Assembly: GCA_002269645.1 (NCBI GenBank)
Contig: NIVC01000550.1
Span: 277,172-341,171, forward strand
From: Macrostomum lignano
Taxonomy: Eukaryota
Direction of reading: 5' to 3'
Length of the DNA: 64,000 nucleotides
Below the pieces are notes generated by a model. The model ran no database searches. It was given only the letters and a program-made list of their open reading frames with translations, and was not told where the DNA came from. The position numbers were made by a program, and so were the translations under genes. Below, one piece after another: positions 48,424-61,052 of this stretch (its first letter is position 1; every line of letters begins with the position of its first letter).

Positions 48424-49068
48424 ATTAATGGGCGGGGATTGTGTAATAAAAATAATTGGCTACCCTACTATTCGCTAGTCTTCTTTTATTCTTCTACAAA
48501 ACTCATAGAGCTGTAGATTTGCTCAGTGAAAGAAGCATTACTTGGTCCTTCCACGGGTTGCTGCTGCTGCAGCCTCCTCGTACAGTCGAAGGCCTTTTGT
48601 GCTATAGTAAGAGAAGATTGAGCAGAGCGTCTATTATACCGCAGCACAATGGGCCGCCCTGCACAGGAAAAGCTGCTCAATATATTTGGCTGGTTACTGT
48701 ATGAGAAAGAACCACAGTAGCACAACAGCTTGCAGAGTTTGAGTTACTAAAGACCCAATTCATCTTGTGGCAGCTAACTACAGTTAAAATATTTGAAATC
48801 GGTATTAAATGATTGATTGAGTGATTGATTGCAAGTAAAAATGAGAACAGGTAAGAATATTGAATTGCATCTTCGTGTTTCTTGCCTAATGCAAATTCTA
48901 ATAAGCCCAATTCTTATCTCTACTTGTAACCCGATTAAAAAATTCTTAAAGTGAAGCAGTAAAATAGGCTTAGAAGGCGTAATCGCATGGTGCCTACACC
49001 AAGTGTCATATGTGAAATTGGTTCACTAGCTAACTAGATCAGAGTCGTTTCCGAAAATTTCTGTAAGC

Positions 49069-49450
49069 CTGTTATTTTTGGTGGTAAGAGAAGTGAATGG
49101 GACCGCGCACAGCTGCAGCTCGCTCGTTTGTATGCGAGCTGGAATCAACCGGTACTTCATAGAAGACCTTCAAGAAGACTTTCAAGGCAGCCATTAAAGC
49201 TCTGAAGAATTAATCTACGCCTATGATGCATGGCGACGATGAGTAGCCATCGCTTGAACCCGAGGACATGGCGAATTTGCGCGCGTATTTGGACCGCAGA
49301 TCGCCGCAGAAACTGCAGCAGGAAGTGTTTTCCTCCTGAACTTACACTTCGGCTTCCGTGGACGCGAATAGGGCCTTAAAAGGATGTTATTCCGCGGGAC
49401 ACGACTGCATGGACTGGAGGTGTAACGTGCATCGATGTGGGTGAACTCTG
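49069..49450 (+). pseudogene. Crypton-like tyrosine recombinase remnant
   Basis: SLVCMRAGINRYF and LEPEDMANLRAYLDRRSPQKLQQEVF / LLNLHFGFRGRE resemble the DUF3504/Crypton YR motif HFG.RGRE; stops and a frameshift are present. Confidence 0.55.
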
Positions 49451-51879
49451 AATTCGCTGATGCCGGGAAATCGGGAATATTCCCTTTGCACGACAAGTCG
49501 GTGTGTCCAGTTAAAGCGATAAAACTGTGTCAATTACATGTAGCTTCCAACTGAGATCCCTCTGATCATCTCTGCAGTTTCAGGTTGCAACAGTTACAGG
49601 GTATACCTGCTGCTGTTAATACGCATTAGTTTTCAGCCGTTGGTTATAGGCTCAAAAGTTTATAATACTTAGGGTGCACTTAGGGATCCTCAAGCGCAAA
49701 CGGGTTGCACTCATCATCGAAGTCCGAGGAAACACCCTTTACTGATTTCCCGGTAAAGGGGCGGGCTGCTCTGGCGAGACCCCTCTTTTGAAAAGTACAG
49801 AAAAGTTTCTTAGATGAAATTCCTTAGATCATCAATACCAATGACTTGAGTTGGGATCAATTCAGCCCCTATATCTACATCGTAGCCGCTTCGTCGCAAA
49901 TTAGGAGACTTTGATGTAGGTTCAACATGTTGCCTTCCAGCTTGGGAGGCCTACATGTACGTGGTCAGCTAGTTTAATTTTCTCAGACAGTGCCAGTGCA
50001 AGTATAAATTAAGTATCATGCCAGTGTTCTGTGCGGAGCAGCTTCTTCGGTAGAACCGAAGCGCACTGCCGGTTCCACAGGGCACCAGACCTCCAGTAGA
50101 GTTGGTAGGGCTGGTAGCGAGTATTGATAAACTTCCATGATTCCGTGGCCACTAAAAAGCAATGGGCAGAGGACCATGGTTCAGCCAGTCACTGCTGATA
50201 ATGAGTGGAACTAGTTGCTCAAGGATGCTGTTTGAGCCATCCAGATGCGGGCCTGTAACGTTCTGGGCTACCAGTGGTGTCCTGCAAGTCCGGGGAGGGT
50301 AAGGCGACGATTAGCGGGTAAATCCGACATACAGTATTGTGTGTATACGCTCGTATAGAAGCTGTGCGCTGCTAAGTCCGATTCTATTTTGACAGAGTTG
50401 CTTCAAAACCGATAGTCTATAGTTTGTGTATCCAAAAAGTCCGCTTCATTTTGACAACTTCTAAACAATACTGAACAGTTTACAATCAACTTTGACTGCT
50501 ATCTTGTTACGTCTGTTCTTGGTTGTGTATATTTTTCAGAAAAAAGATTGTAAACATATAGCATTGTTAACGATTCAAAAGAAGTGCTCTTGTTCTCTTT
50601 GTCTAGACTAAAAGTTGTACAACATTAAATGAGTGAACGAGTGAATGAATAAAGGAAAGTAACAAGATAGCAGAATGAAAAGTAAAAGTAGTAATTCAGG
50701 CAGTCGTTTGATTATAATTTTGCTCACTAGTATGTCTCGCCGGTGGGCAGTAAACGTCCGACCTGTTCGACAGTGCGCGATAAAAAGCTGCTGCAGTTTT
50801 GGGCCAACTCGCGCTTCAAAGCAGACTTAAATTCGCGATTAAGCACGCGATCGAGTACTCAGGAACGGGCTGTATGGCGGCATGCAGGCGTTTGATTTCG
50901 ACATTGCCTGGGATCTCGTAGTCTTCGGCATCATTACAAGGTAAAATACGAGCTAAGTAATGATACTGCATTGTCGAAGAGCAATTTTTCAAACTATTCC
51001 CTGGAATGCAGTTTGAAAGTTGCCGCTAATGGTGTGAAATAATCACCCAACCTCCCTTTCATAAGTGTGGAAGTGGACTAATCTAATCGCAGGGAAATCC
51101 CTTCAGCGAACGAGTCTGTCTAAACACGCTCAACACTCCAAACCAAACCTAGCTATAGCGATCATCGAAGACACGTGTCGAAGCCCAACTCGTCACTGTA
51201 GATTTTGTGAGGAGCAACAACCTTATCAAACAAAGCCAGGTCACAGAACTCCACGCGCGCGTCAATTACCCGTGAGGGCGTTTCATACAGCAGAAAAATC
51301 CCTTGCTAACTTGGTTGTGAAAAGGCTGCGTCGAGTTTCTCACCGACTGTTCTATCCTTTACTTGTGGTTCGGTTTGAAAATTTAGACGAAGGTTGATGT
51401 TCAATTGCTTCAATACAATGAGTGTGCATTCATCTCGACCTGAGCTTCAATACATGAGCGTTCGAATTTCTGGATCCCATTTACGAGAATTTACTTAGCG
51501 CCTCCCTTTAGTAGCTTTTCCGGCCTTCCAGATCCCACAATCGTGTACGCAGTTTTCTACTTTACATCTAACTACCGGACCAATTCAACAAAATATTCTC
51601 CTCACTTAAAAGCTACGAAAATCCGAGCTCTATCAGCAGTTCGATCATAGCTGTATCCGAGCGCTGATCCAGTTTTTAACAGAGTCAACTTTTTAGCGGG
51701 CGAAACAAACTCCCGAGGGCTAAAAGTCAAAATTAGTCAAAATATTTTAATATTTGTCATGCACAAAGTCGCGTACATTTCAATCGATAAAGACATAGGC
51801 AACTATGAGCGTGCCCCAACCCCCCAGCGAAAGCCAACCTCCAAACCGCCAACACAAGCTCACAATATCAAGTCATCAC

Positions 51880-54800
51880 ATCCCTTCGCTCTTAAATATG
51901 AAAATAAGATGAAGAAAAAAGAACATTACTAAAAAAAAAAAGAAAACACAAAACAAATAATCGAGTTCATCAACAACAGTTACTTCAGCTGTAAGTCAGT
52001 CGCTCAGGTGCAGCGCACATCCTCATCGAACGGAGAAGCTGCGGCATGGCGTCAGGCTCCGCTGCAGTCTCAGCAGCAGTGCCGTCAGCAAAAAAAATGG
52101 GTGCATCTTTCGGCACCGCACATCGCACTGCGGCACCGCTACCGCTGGTACCGCCGGCTGGGTCGGAAGCTGACTAACCGCGGCCGGCTTGCGCACCTGG
52201 TCCACGTGCCTGTCTGCGTCTCTACACTACCAGAACTGTCCGTGACTGTCGCCGGCCTTCAGCGTCCGTCACTCGCGAAGTCTCGACATTAATGCGACGG
52301 TCGTGCGCGTGGGCGTCGTGCTGCTCCTTCTGCAGTGCCTGCTGTACGGCCACCCGGGCGGGCAGATCCAGGCGGACTCGATCGAGCAACGATTTCAGCC
52401 TCCGCCCCATCAGCAACTCGCAGGGCGCCCTCCCGGTAGTCGCCTCGGTACGTCAGGAGAAACCGGGAGACTCGCTCCTCCAGAGAGCCGCTTCGCTGCT
52501 TGGCCAGCACACGCTTCAGAGTTTGAACTGCTCGCTCTGCTTGGCCGCTGGACGCCGGGTGGCCACGTGCCGGAATTCCGTTCTTGCTCAGGAATGTCTC
52601 CATCTCCGCGCTGACTAGGTTCGGACTGTTGTCGGTGACGATCACGTCCGGCAGACCGTGAGTTGCAAAGCTCGAGCGCAGCTTCTCGATAGTCGCAGTC
52701 GACGACGTCGAAGGCATCACATGCACGTCCATCCACTTGGAGTGGGCGTCAACGAAAACGAGCAACATCCGGCCCTGGACCGGCCCGGCGTAGTCAATGT
52801 GCAGGCGCGACCAGGGCTGCAGTGGAAACGGACCTGGCGACTTCTGCATCTCCTGGCAGTCGGTGCACGCGGCGACCAGCCGCTCGATCGCCTCGTCTAG
52901 TTGGGCCACCAGAAAACGCTTCGAGCCAGCGCCTTCATTCTCGTGTCGCCCTGGTGTCCCTGGTGCAGGCAGTGCAGCAGCGCCTCCCAACCGGCCTCAG
53001 GAACTACGACTCGGCAGCCCCAGAGCAGACAGTCTTGGGTGCTCAGCTGGTCGGCTTGGACTGGTGCAGCAGCCCAAGCAGCGGCTTGTGGTTTGTGGTC
53101 GCTCACCAGCGTGAAGTCTCGGCCGTACAGGTACATGTGGAATTTCTTAACTCCGTAGATGATCGCGAGCGCCTCCTTCTCGAGCTGTGAGTATCGGGTC
53201 TCTGCTTCATGTAGCGTGCGAGAGGCGAAGGCGATCGGTCTGTCGACTCCGTCGATCCGGTGGCTGACGACGGCGCCGATGCCGTAAGGCGAGGCGTCGC
53301 ACTCAGCACCAGCGGCTTCTGACGGTTGAAATGCGCGAGCACCGGTCCCCGGCTGAGTAGCGACTTGCCCCTGCGAAACGCTTCGTCCTGCACAGCGTCC
53401 CATCGCAAGGGGGCGCCCTTGTTCAGCAGCTGGTTCAGCGGCGCCAGTTCAGTTGACAGATTGGGCATGAACTTGCCGTAATAATTTACCAGCCCGAGGA
53501 AGCTGCGCAGCTGCGTCTGGTCGCGGGGCGGGGGCGCGTCCTGGATCGCCCGCACCTTGTACTGGAGAGGGTGCAGCCCTTCAGCGTCGATTCGGTGCCC
53601 GAGGTAGCTGATGCTCTGGTGCATAAAACTGCATTTGCTCAGGCCGCACCGGAGGCCGCTTTGCTGCAGTCGCCTAAGTAACTGCTCCAGCGTCTTCAGG
53701 TGGCTGTCATCATCCACACCGGTAACCAGCAGGTCGTCAACGAAGCAGGTGACGTGGGGAATGCTCTGCAGGAGGCAGTCCATCTGGCGCTGGAAAATAC
53801 CGACAGCGGGAGCGACTCCGACCGGCAATGTCGTGTACCGCATCAGCCCCTTGCTGGTGTTGATTGTGCAGAGTTCTTGCGAGGCCTCGTCCAGAGGCAG
53901 CTGCGAGTACGCGTGCGACAAGTCAAGCTTGGTAAATTTCTTTCTGCCAGCCAGTTTCGCGAAGAGCTTATTGATCCTCGGTACTGGGTACGCGTCAGGC
54001 TCGACGGCACATATGCGGACCGAGCTATCTGTCTTTAAACGGGTACGATCGGAGACGCGTAGTCCGTAATGCTCACAGGCTGCAGTACTCCCTGTTCGAT
54101 CTCTTTTTCGAGTTGCGCCTCAACCTTCTCCTTCAGCGCAAGCGGGACGTTCCTGGCCTTGAAAAACCTCGGCCGCGCTGAGGCTTTCAACTGCAGCCGC
54201 ACCGCGGGCCCCTGTACCGACCAAGGCCCGGTTCGAAGACTTCGGCGTACTTTTCTAGCAGGCTCTTGAGTTCCGGTTGCCCTGACGGATGCTGTTGCAC
54301 CTGCTTGATGTTTCGCCAGTCCAACGGAAGTCCAGTCGCGGCCAACCAGATTCGAGCCGGCACCTTCGATAACGAGCAGCGGCAGCACCTTGCTGGCGAC
54401 CTCGGTCTGCGCGCGAATTCTAAGTTGGCCGAGAACGGGCACCAGCTCTCCAGGGTACGTCCGCAGCTGCATGTTGACTTGCTCGAGTCTGGGACGCCCT
54501 CGCAGTACTTCGTTATAGGTCTTCACAGAGATGAGTGACACAGACGACCTACGGCGGCGGCCATTACGTGCAGCAAAAAAGCCTCCTCCGCCTGCAGCTC
54601 TTGGACGGTCGAGTCGACGTGACGATTCGAAGCTCGCTGAGGCCCAGCCGATCTCTCGTCCCGTTGAGCAGGCGGCGCTGCCTTGCACGCAGCAGCGATG
54701 TGTCCGGTTTTCGAGCATGCGTAATAACACCTATCGATGAACGGGCACTTGGCAGCCAGGTGGCGCTGGGACAGGCATCGATAGCTACGCTTCGCTGGCG

Positions 54801-55549
54801 ACCCACTGGCCGTCTCTCACCGGGCAGAATGGTGAAGAGCGTGCACCGTGTCAAAGCCGGCGCCTTTAGCCACCAGCAGGTTGCCTCAAGCGGCCGACTC
54901 GTGCGCCTGCGCCAGCGACAACGCCGTATTCAGCGAGAGCTCCTTCTCTGTGAAGAGCCTCCGCTGAATGGAATCATCACTGATCCCCAGGACCAGCCGG
55001 TCCCTCAGCATGCTGCTGAGGCCAACGCCGAAATTGCAATCCCGAGCTAGCTTGCGCAGCTCAGCCAGGAACTCTGCCACCGACTCGCCTGCCTGACGGC
55101 TTCTGCTGTAGAACCTGAATCGCCGTACAATCTCTGGTGGGGTTGGATCAAAAGTGTAAAGACTCAGCTTTGGTTGGAAGAACAGTCGACTTGTTAAATT
55201 ATAAGTCTCTTATTCAGCGTTTTAAGATTTCCGGGGGGGACGTTCCATCGCGTACGTGATATGCACAGAGCGAGAAGGCTTGAGCCTGGTGAGCAAAGAA
55301 AGGGTTACGCGCACGCGAACGACGAAATAACCAAAATAATAAATTTAACTAACTGAGGTCATCACAAAAATGCTCCTTCAGCTTAGCACAGATGGCGTCG
55401 TAGGTCGTGTCCTTCGGCAGTGCCGGTGAATGTAGGTTTGATATCAGCTGGTAGGTGTCCCTGCCACAGATGCTCAGCAGCACGGCTCGCCTCTTTTCAT
55501 TGTTGATTTCATGGTTCTTTTGGAAGAGAGCTTGTTTTTTGAGCTTCAT
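51880..55549 (-). mobile_element. Degenerate Gypsy retrotransposon B (K02A2.6-like gag-pol)
   Basis: gag MLRDRLVLGISDDSIQRRL; RT LPVGVAPAVGIFQR...FVDDLL; RNase H CDASPYGIG...YSQLEKEALAI; integrase RLHIDYAGP. PPT AAGAGCGAAGGGA is followed by TGTGATGAC (3' LTR start at 51880, running leftward). No 5' LTR. Confidence 0.9.
55155..55366. mobile_element. Solo LTR inserted in the gag of Gypsy B
   Basis: TGT...ACA ends with AAAA(G/T) flanks. Removing it rejoins gag KLKEHF-DPTPPEIVRRFRF. Confidence 0.7.
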
Positions 55550-55673
55550 ACGAGATATATACTTCTAAGCTTGTTTTTTTGCCTCAAAGCACTCTACCAC
55601 TTTAATTGTCTGAATTTATGTCAAATCTAACACATGCCTAGATATATAGGATTGTTTAAACTTGAATTTCAAA

Positions 55674-56861
55674 ATGTCTATTAAATTGTCTGACAAAAGC
55701 AATACCGATCGACTCACCGCAGAATCAATCGTGCAGCAACTAAAAAAGCTGATGACACCAATGATGTTCCTGGTGGCACTACTACTGCTGCTGGCGCTAG
55801 GCATGGACACGCATCAAAAGATCTTTAGCAATCGCGGCCATTCTCTTACCGGTATCTCTGCCAAGAAAAAAATTATCTCTGACACAGTGCCGGCGACTAT
55901 TGACCACCCGCTGCCGTCGGGTGCCTGCGGCGCCTATAGCGAGCTCCGCAGTGTGAACTTCCTGCACAAGTCCATCAGCGAGAGCATCTGCGAAGGTGCA
56001 GCCGCCTACACCATCGTGGACAGCGCGTTTCCGCTGTGCCGACTTAAGCAGCACCTGCCGCCGGTTCTCACTGAAGGCGTCAGAGTTGCAAGTGTGCAGA
56101 CCTTCATCAGAAGCCCCCTCACCCAGAGAAACCTCTCTAGCTTTGTCTACTCAAGTCCCGACTTAATCTCGAACTTCATCCGCGCAGAACACATCTTCGA
56201 GAAGAGAAACGTCCGCATCATGCAGCAAATTATTCGAAAGCTGGCCGCCAAGTCGCCCGTCACCTTCATGGACATCGGTTCCAACATTGGTGTGTTCAGC
56301 CTGCCGATTCTCGATCTCGGAGTGCCCGTTATCGCTCTGGATGCAAACATTCGTAACCTGATTAGACTCAAGCTGTCAGCCGAGGCGGCCAAGCTGCCTC
56401 ACAAGCTGCACCTGCTGTGGAATTTCGTCAACAGGCAGGTGTCGCTCATGTACCTGAACTTCCCGAAGGAGTGTAACATGGGTGGCGCCACCAAGTTAGG
56501 CAGGGCCGTCGTCGACACGATACCGGTGATGTCGGCGACCGCGGACTCCATCGTGCCGCTCGTCGACACCAAGCTGGTCGTCCTGAAGGTCGACATCGAA
56601 GGAGGCGAAGGCGAGTTCTTCAAGAGCGCGAAGAAGCTGTTTGACAGCTTCACGATTCCCGTGGTGCACATGGAGTGGCTGAAGAGGCACATGAACGATA
56701 TGGAGCGCCAGTTCATGATCAGGTTCTTCTATGAGAGGCGCTACAGCCCGAGGAGCATGAACGATCTGACGAAGTTGATCAACATTAACCACACAGGGTA
56801 TGAAGGAGACGACCTTGTTTGGGTGCACAAGAACTTCGAGGATGCAGGCATACTGCTCTGA
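55674..56861 (+). CDS. FkbM-family SAM-dependent methyltransferase with N-terminal membrane anchor (395 aa, intronless)
   Basis: TFMDIGSNIGVFSL (motif I) and VVLKVDIEGGEG; hydrophobic MMFLVALLLLLALGM near the N-terminus. The first ATG is at 55674 (the ORF track starts at a TTG). Confidence 0.85.
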   Translation: MSIKLSDKSNTDRLTAESIVQQLKKLMTPMMFLVALLLLLALGMDTHQKIFSNRGHSLTGISAKKKIISDTVPATIDHPLPSGACGAYSELRSVNFLHKSISESICEGAAAYTIVDSAFPLCRLKQHLPPVLTEGVRVASVQTFIRSPLTQRNLSSFVYSSPDLISNFIRAEHIFEKRNVRIMQQIIRKLAAKSPVTFMDIGSNIGVFSLPILDLGVPVIALDANIRNLIRLKLSAEAAKLPHKLHLLWNFVNRQVSLMYLNFPKECNMGGATKLGRAVVDTIPVMSATADSIVPLVDTKLVVLKVDIEGGEGEFFKSAKKLFDSFTIPVVHMEWLKRHMNDMERQFMIRFFYERRYSPRSMNDLTKLININHTGYEGDDLVWVHKNFEDAGILL

Positions 56862-58586
56862 GTGTGTTTGAATGTGAGCTATCAGCTAGCAGTTGGCAAT
56901 GAATTTTAAATATTTTACCAAGTGGTGAGATAGAGAATTTACCAATAAAATTCATTTGTCGGAATTTAAAGTTTGGAGCTACTTATGCGTCCTTATAAAA
57001 TACTGTTAGTTTTGTCAGCTCTTCGATAAGATTTTTTATACCCATGATAGCCTATTGATTCACCCGTTACCAGTCGTTTGTCTTTTGCAATTCGAAACTA
57101 GCAATTAAAGCTAAAGAAAAATAAAGCTAAACTGCAGAGCCAAACGAACAACGTGATCCTACATAATGAATTAGTAAAATTTATTGGTTGGATTTCATGT
57201 CACTAAAGAAGTAACATTATAACACTGCTTTCAAGACCGTACCATTTCTAATATATAAAGAATAATATTCTTCACTACTCTTATCTATTCTTATTCTGAT
57301 CTAGTATTATTTTATTATAATATATTATTGTCTCTTTTATAGATAAAAATATTAGACATGTTTTATATATTAGACATGCGCACCTTGAGGGTGCTGAGTT
57401 TTATATGTTATGATATTGTTTTAGGCAAGCTAATAAATACAGTAAATAAAATAAATCAATCAATACATGTACATCAATACACAAATAAAATAAATACGCT
57501 CGTACAAAAAGCTAGTGAATATAAATTTTTGATGTAACTGCCTGAAGTTAAAATCTCGTGCGGAAAAATAGTATTCAAATTTATTTTTGGTACCAATACA
57601 TATATCAAGCCTGAGGGCAGCTGCATTCCCAGTGTCAAATTCGACGTCAATTCAAAGTCTATTTTTGTTCCAAAGTCGAATTCATGCTGTGCCAAATAGA
57701 GGTCAATAATTCGACTTTGATTAGAGTTATTACAACATGATGGGTTTCGACCTTTTCGGCCCCTTTCGGGAAGCCTTCAGGCCTCAGGTCTCAGAAATAA
57801 ATCAATTAGAGTCCTGGCCCCCCACTCCCGTCAGATGGTCAGCCCCATGGTAGCTTGATCGTGTGGCGAGCAGTCTAGGTCCTATAGCTAAGAGAGGGAC
57901 AGCGAGAGACAAGCAGGGAGAATTTTGAAGGTAGAGATCAGCTAATCCGCAGATTAACTAACCCGCTGCCACCAGCCCGTGCGTCCTGGCTCACCAAATC
58001 GGGCTTCCGACTAGAGGGGGCTTAGCACTTACCTGCCAACTAGTGTCTTTTTGCTGTCTATCTCGAAGTCATAGCCGATGATAAGGGACACTGCTGGGAC
58101 TTGATCGCATTGGCCATGCAGGTACAGAGGAGACTTGTGCAGGGGATTCTTGCAGTGGCGAGACTACGATCTAGTACATGTACTATTACATAGCTAAATA
58201 CGAGGAATTGTACTTTTGGCCTCCAACGCGCCAACTAGCCTCTCGTAGCGCTGATGATAGACTAACTCGAACTTCAGAGACCGCATGATTCATTACCCGA
58301 GCCGCTTGGCTAACCTAGAGTGCACACAAGTACATCTCTGGCGCCGATTCTGCACTTCTGGCAGTTTTGCTAACTGATTTGATAGATTGATCGACTGAGA
58401 ACTGCCTTGTCATTGGTCCACTGTGACCGGCGCCTACTAGCTTAGCTACTCATCTGAGCCATCGGCGAACAAAGAAATGAAACCGATAAAAATAACTGTC
58501 AGATTTAACCTTCTCACTGATTCACTTTACACCTCAGATTGAATTGGAGTTTAGACTACTAACAGTATTATTGAATGATCTCTGCC

Positions 58587-58880
58587 TCAGTAGCATGTAG
58601 TTGAAATTATCGCAGATTGATTTCGCACACCTTGAATCGTCTGGCTCAGGGTGCTGACCGTGGCTCGATGACGCTCGATCATGTTGAGTTGCTCCTGGTG
58701 GTGGGCGGCCTCCAGTACAGTAGAGCGGGCTCGTTCGATGCTATCAGGCGAGCTCCAATTAATGATGGTGTGATTTTTATGGGCCCGAACTTGGCGGCGC
58801 ACATTGAATGGCTCGGTTGTCTGGCACTCGTGGCAAAGCAACCAGCGACTTATAATGCAGCTGTCTTTTTGTTATGGAGC
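58587..58880 (-). pseudogene. Possible B-box plus coiled-coil (TRIM-like) remnant
   Basis: LLCHEC...AHKNHTI followed by a helical segment; the frame is broken upstream. Confidence 0.3.
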
Positions 58881-59459
58881 TTTAAGCCACGGAGCTCACA
58901 TGAATTGCAGCTGATGCACACCTCGTACACGTAGGATGGACACCGAGATTTATTCATTATTAAAAATTTATCTGAGAAATTTAATTTAAAATAAAATTTA
59001 AATTTAAACTTCTCATATGCACATATTTAGCCTCTTATATACCCACTTCAACCAAATCTGTGTTGATAAAAACATAGCCGCTATGTTTTCAGCTTTGCTA
59101 TGTTTACAGTCAGCCACCCAATGTCCAATGTTTTCATCAGCGCATCCAGGTATTGAGCCCTTGTTGAATTCCCGCACGCCCCGCTAAATTCTTTTAAATA
59201 CGCCGCCAACTTTACCCCACCCAGTCGAGGGTGGCAATAAAACTGATAACTGAGCACTCTCTCCTTTCAGCAACAAAGCCGCCGCCGCCAGCTCCCAGAC
59301 AGCGGGAGAGAGAGGCTTGGCTACCACTATTTTTGTTTACAGAAATTTGTTATTACCGATAAAATTATATAATAATAATAAAGTACTAGTATAATACTGA
59401 ATACAATAAAATATCGCTGATATTTGCCAATCGTTCAACCCAATTTCTAGAGATTCCCT

Positions 59460-61043
59460 AGCTCGCCTCTGTGCATACTTGCGGATTCTCCCCAAGAGGC
59501 GTCTATCTACTCTCATAGGAGTCTACGGAATTCCCATGGCTTTGCCTGCGGCAGAGTTGAGCTATGCAAACACATAGGCGCCCTTCTGATCCGGGCCCAC
59601 GGAAGTTCCATGGCTTTCCCTGCGGCAGAGTTGTGTTATCCTCTACTACTGGGGAGACGTCGGGTTGGACCACCTGCCGATCTGCATCACCATCCATCAC
59701 AGCCGAGGCGCGGCCAAGCGCGCGGGCGCCGCCTCTGGAGAGTTGTCCGCTCCCTCGACGGCAGAAATAAGAACCAGCAGCGGGACGCAACGCTCCGGGT
59801 AGGCCAGAAGACACTCGTCCAGTCGAAGGACATCGCCGAGGCCTACGCCCGTGAGTATGCCACCGTCAGCCGCCTCCCGCAAGACCGCAGGACGCGAGAC
59901 CTCCACTGTGAGAACTTTCGCAGCAGCGCTTCGCGAGCCGGCGCTGACAGCCATGAGAGCAGAGATTTTCGAAAGCCGTTCTCGCACCGCGAGCTGGACA
60001 GGGCTCTCCGCTCCCTCCCGACCAAGAAGGCTCCAGGACCCGATGAGATCTGCGCCGAACACCTGCAGCACCTCGGCGCTGCCGGCCGCCGGGCGGTCCT
60101 GCAGCTGATCAACGCGTCCTGGACCCAGGGGGAGGTCCCCGCGTGGCGCCGTGCCCACGTCGTGCCGATCCTCAAAAAGGGAAAGCCGGCCAACGAGATC
60201 GGATCATACCGGCCGATTGCCCTCACCTCCATCCTGGCCAAGCTGGCCGAGCGTCTGGTTCAAGCGCGGCTCTACTGGTGGGCCGAGTCCCAGCACCTGC
60301 TGCACCCCGCCCAAGCCGGCTTCCGCAAGCGGGGCAGCACCGAGGACCAGATCGCCCGGCTCACCCAGCTCATCAGCGACGGCCACCAAGCGGCCCCTGC
60401 CAGGCGGACGGCCGTCGTCCTGTTCTACTTCCGGCAGGCGTACGACACCGTCTGGAAGCAGGGCCTGTTGCACAAGCCGCTCAACGCCGGCATCCCAGCG
60501 GCGGGGGTCCGCTGGCTCAGCAGCTTCCTGGCCGATCGCCGTGCTGCCGTCAGGGTGGACGGCGCGCTGAGCAGCTGGCGGCTCTTCCGCGAGGGCCTGC
60601 CACAGGGGAGTGTCCTTGCTCCTCTGCTCTTTGCGCTGTACATTAGCGACCTGCCTGACCACCTGCCGCCCGACTTTACCTGCACGACGGGCCGCCTGCT
60701 GACTCCATCGACGAGCGACCTCACGCGGCGGCAGGAGCGGCTGATTTTCCAGCTGCGCACCGACCGCTGCCCGGCCCTGCGGGGCTTCCAGGCCGCCATC
60801 GGCGTTGACGTGGCCCCACCTGCCGCTTCTGTGGCGACGGAGAGGAGACGGCGGCCCATCTGCTGATCTCCTGCCCCGCCCTGACATCAAACCGCTGCCG
60901 CCTCTGGGGGCCAAGCCCGGAGCCCGCGGAAGTTTTCGAGAACTGCACCGCGGTGTTGAACTTCCTCGGGAAGGCGGGCGCCATCTGACGCCCGGTGCCA
61001 TGGGCCCCGGCCCGAGCGCGCCCAAATGGAAGAAGAAGAAGAA
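59460..61043 (+). mobile_element. I-group (Ingi/Nimb-like) LINE, internally deleted
   Basis: RT domains (SYRPIALTS, QAGFRK, GLPQGSVLAPLLF) with no YADD; CRFC...HLLISC zinc knuckle in a shifted frame; (GAA)n tail; TSD AGATTCCCT at 59451-59459 and 61044-61052. Confidence 0.85.
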
Positions 61044-61052
61044 AGATTCCCT

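Noticed and set aside
55662-55673. TTG start for the FkbM ORF
   Set aside because: The ORF track uses alternative starts. An in-frame ATG in AAAATG context lies at 55674.
57735-57800. Minus-strand hairpin with CTGA and GAAA motifs resembling a hammerhead
   Set aside because: No register gives CUGANGA, stem II, GAAA and a paired stem III/UH together. It is only a GNRA-capped stem-loop.
57961-57974. Third tRNA-Leu-like PBS (minus strand)
   Set aside because: It is not preceded by an LTR-ending CA, and no gag is recognisable next to it.
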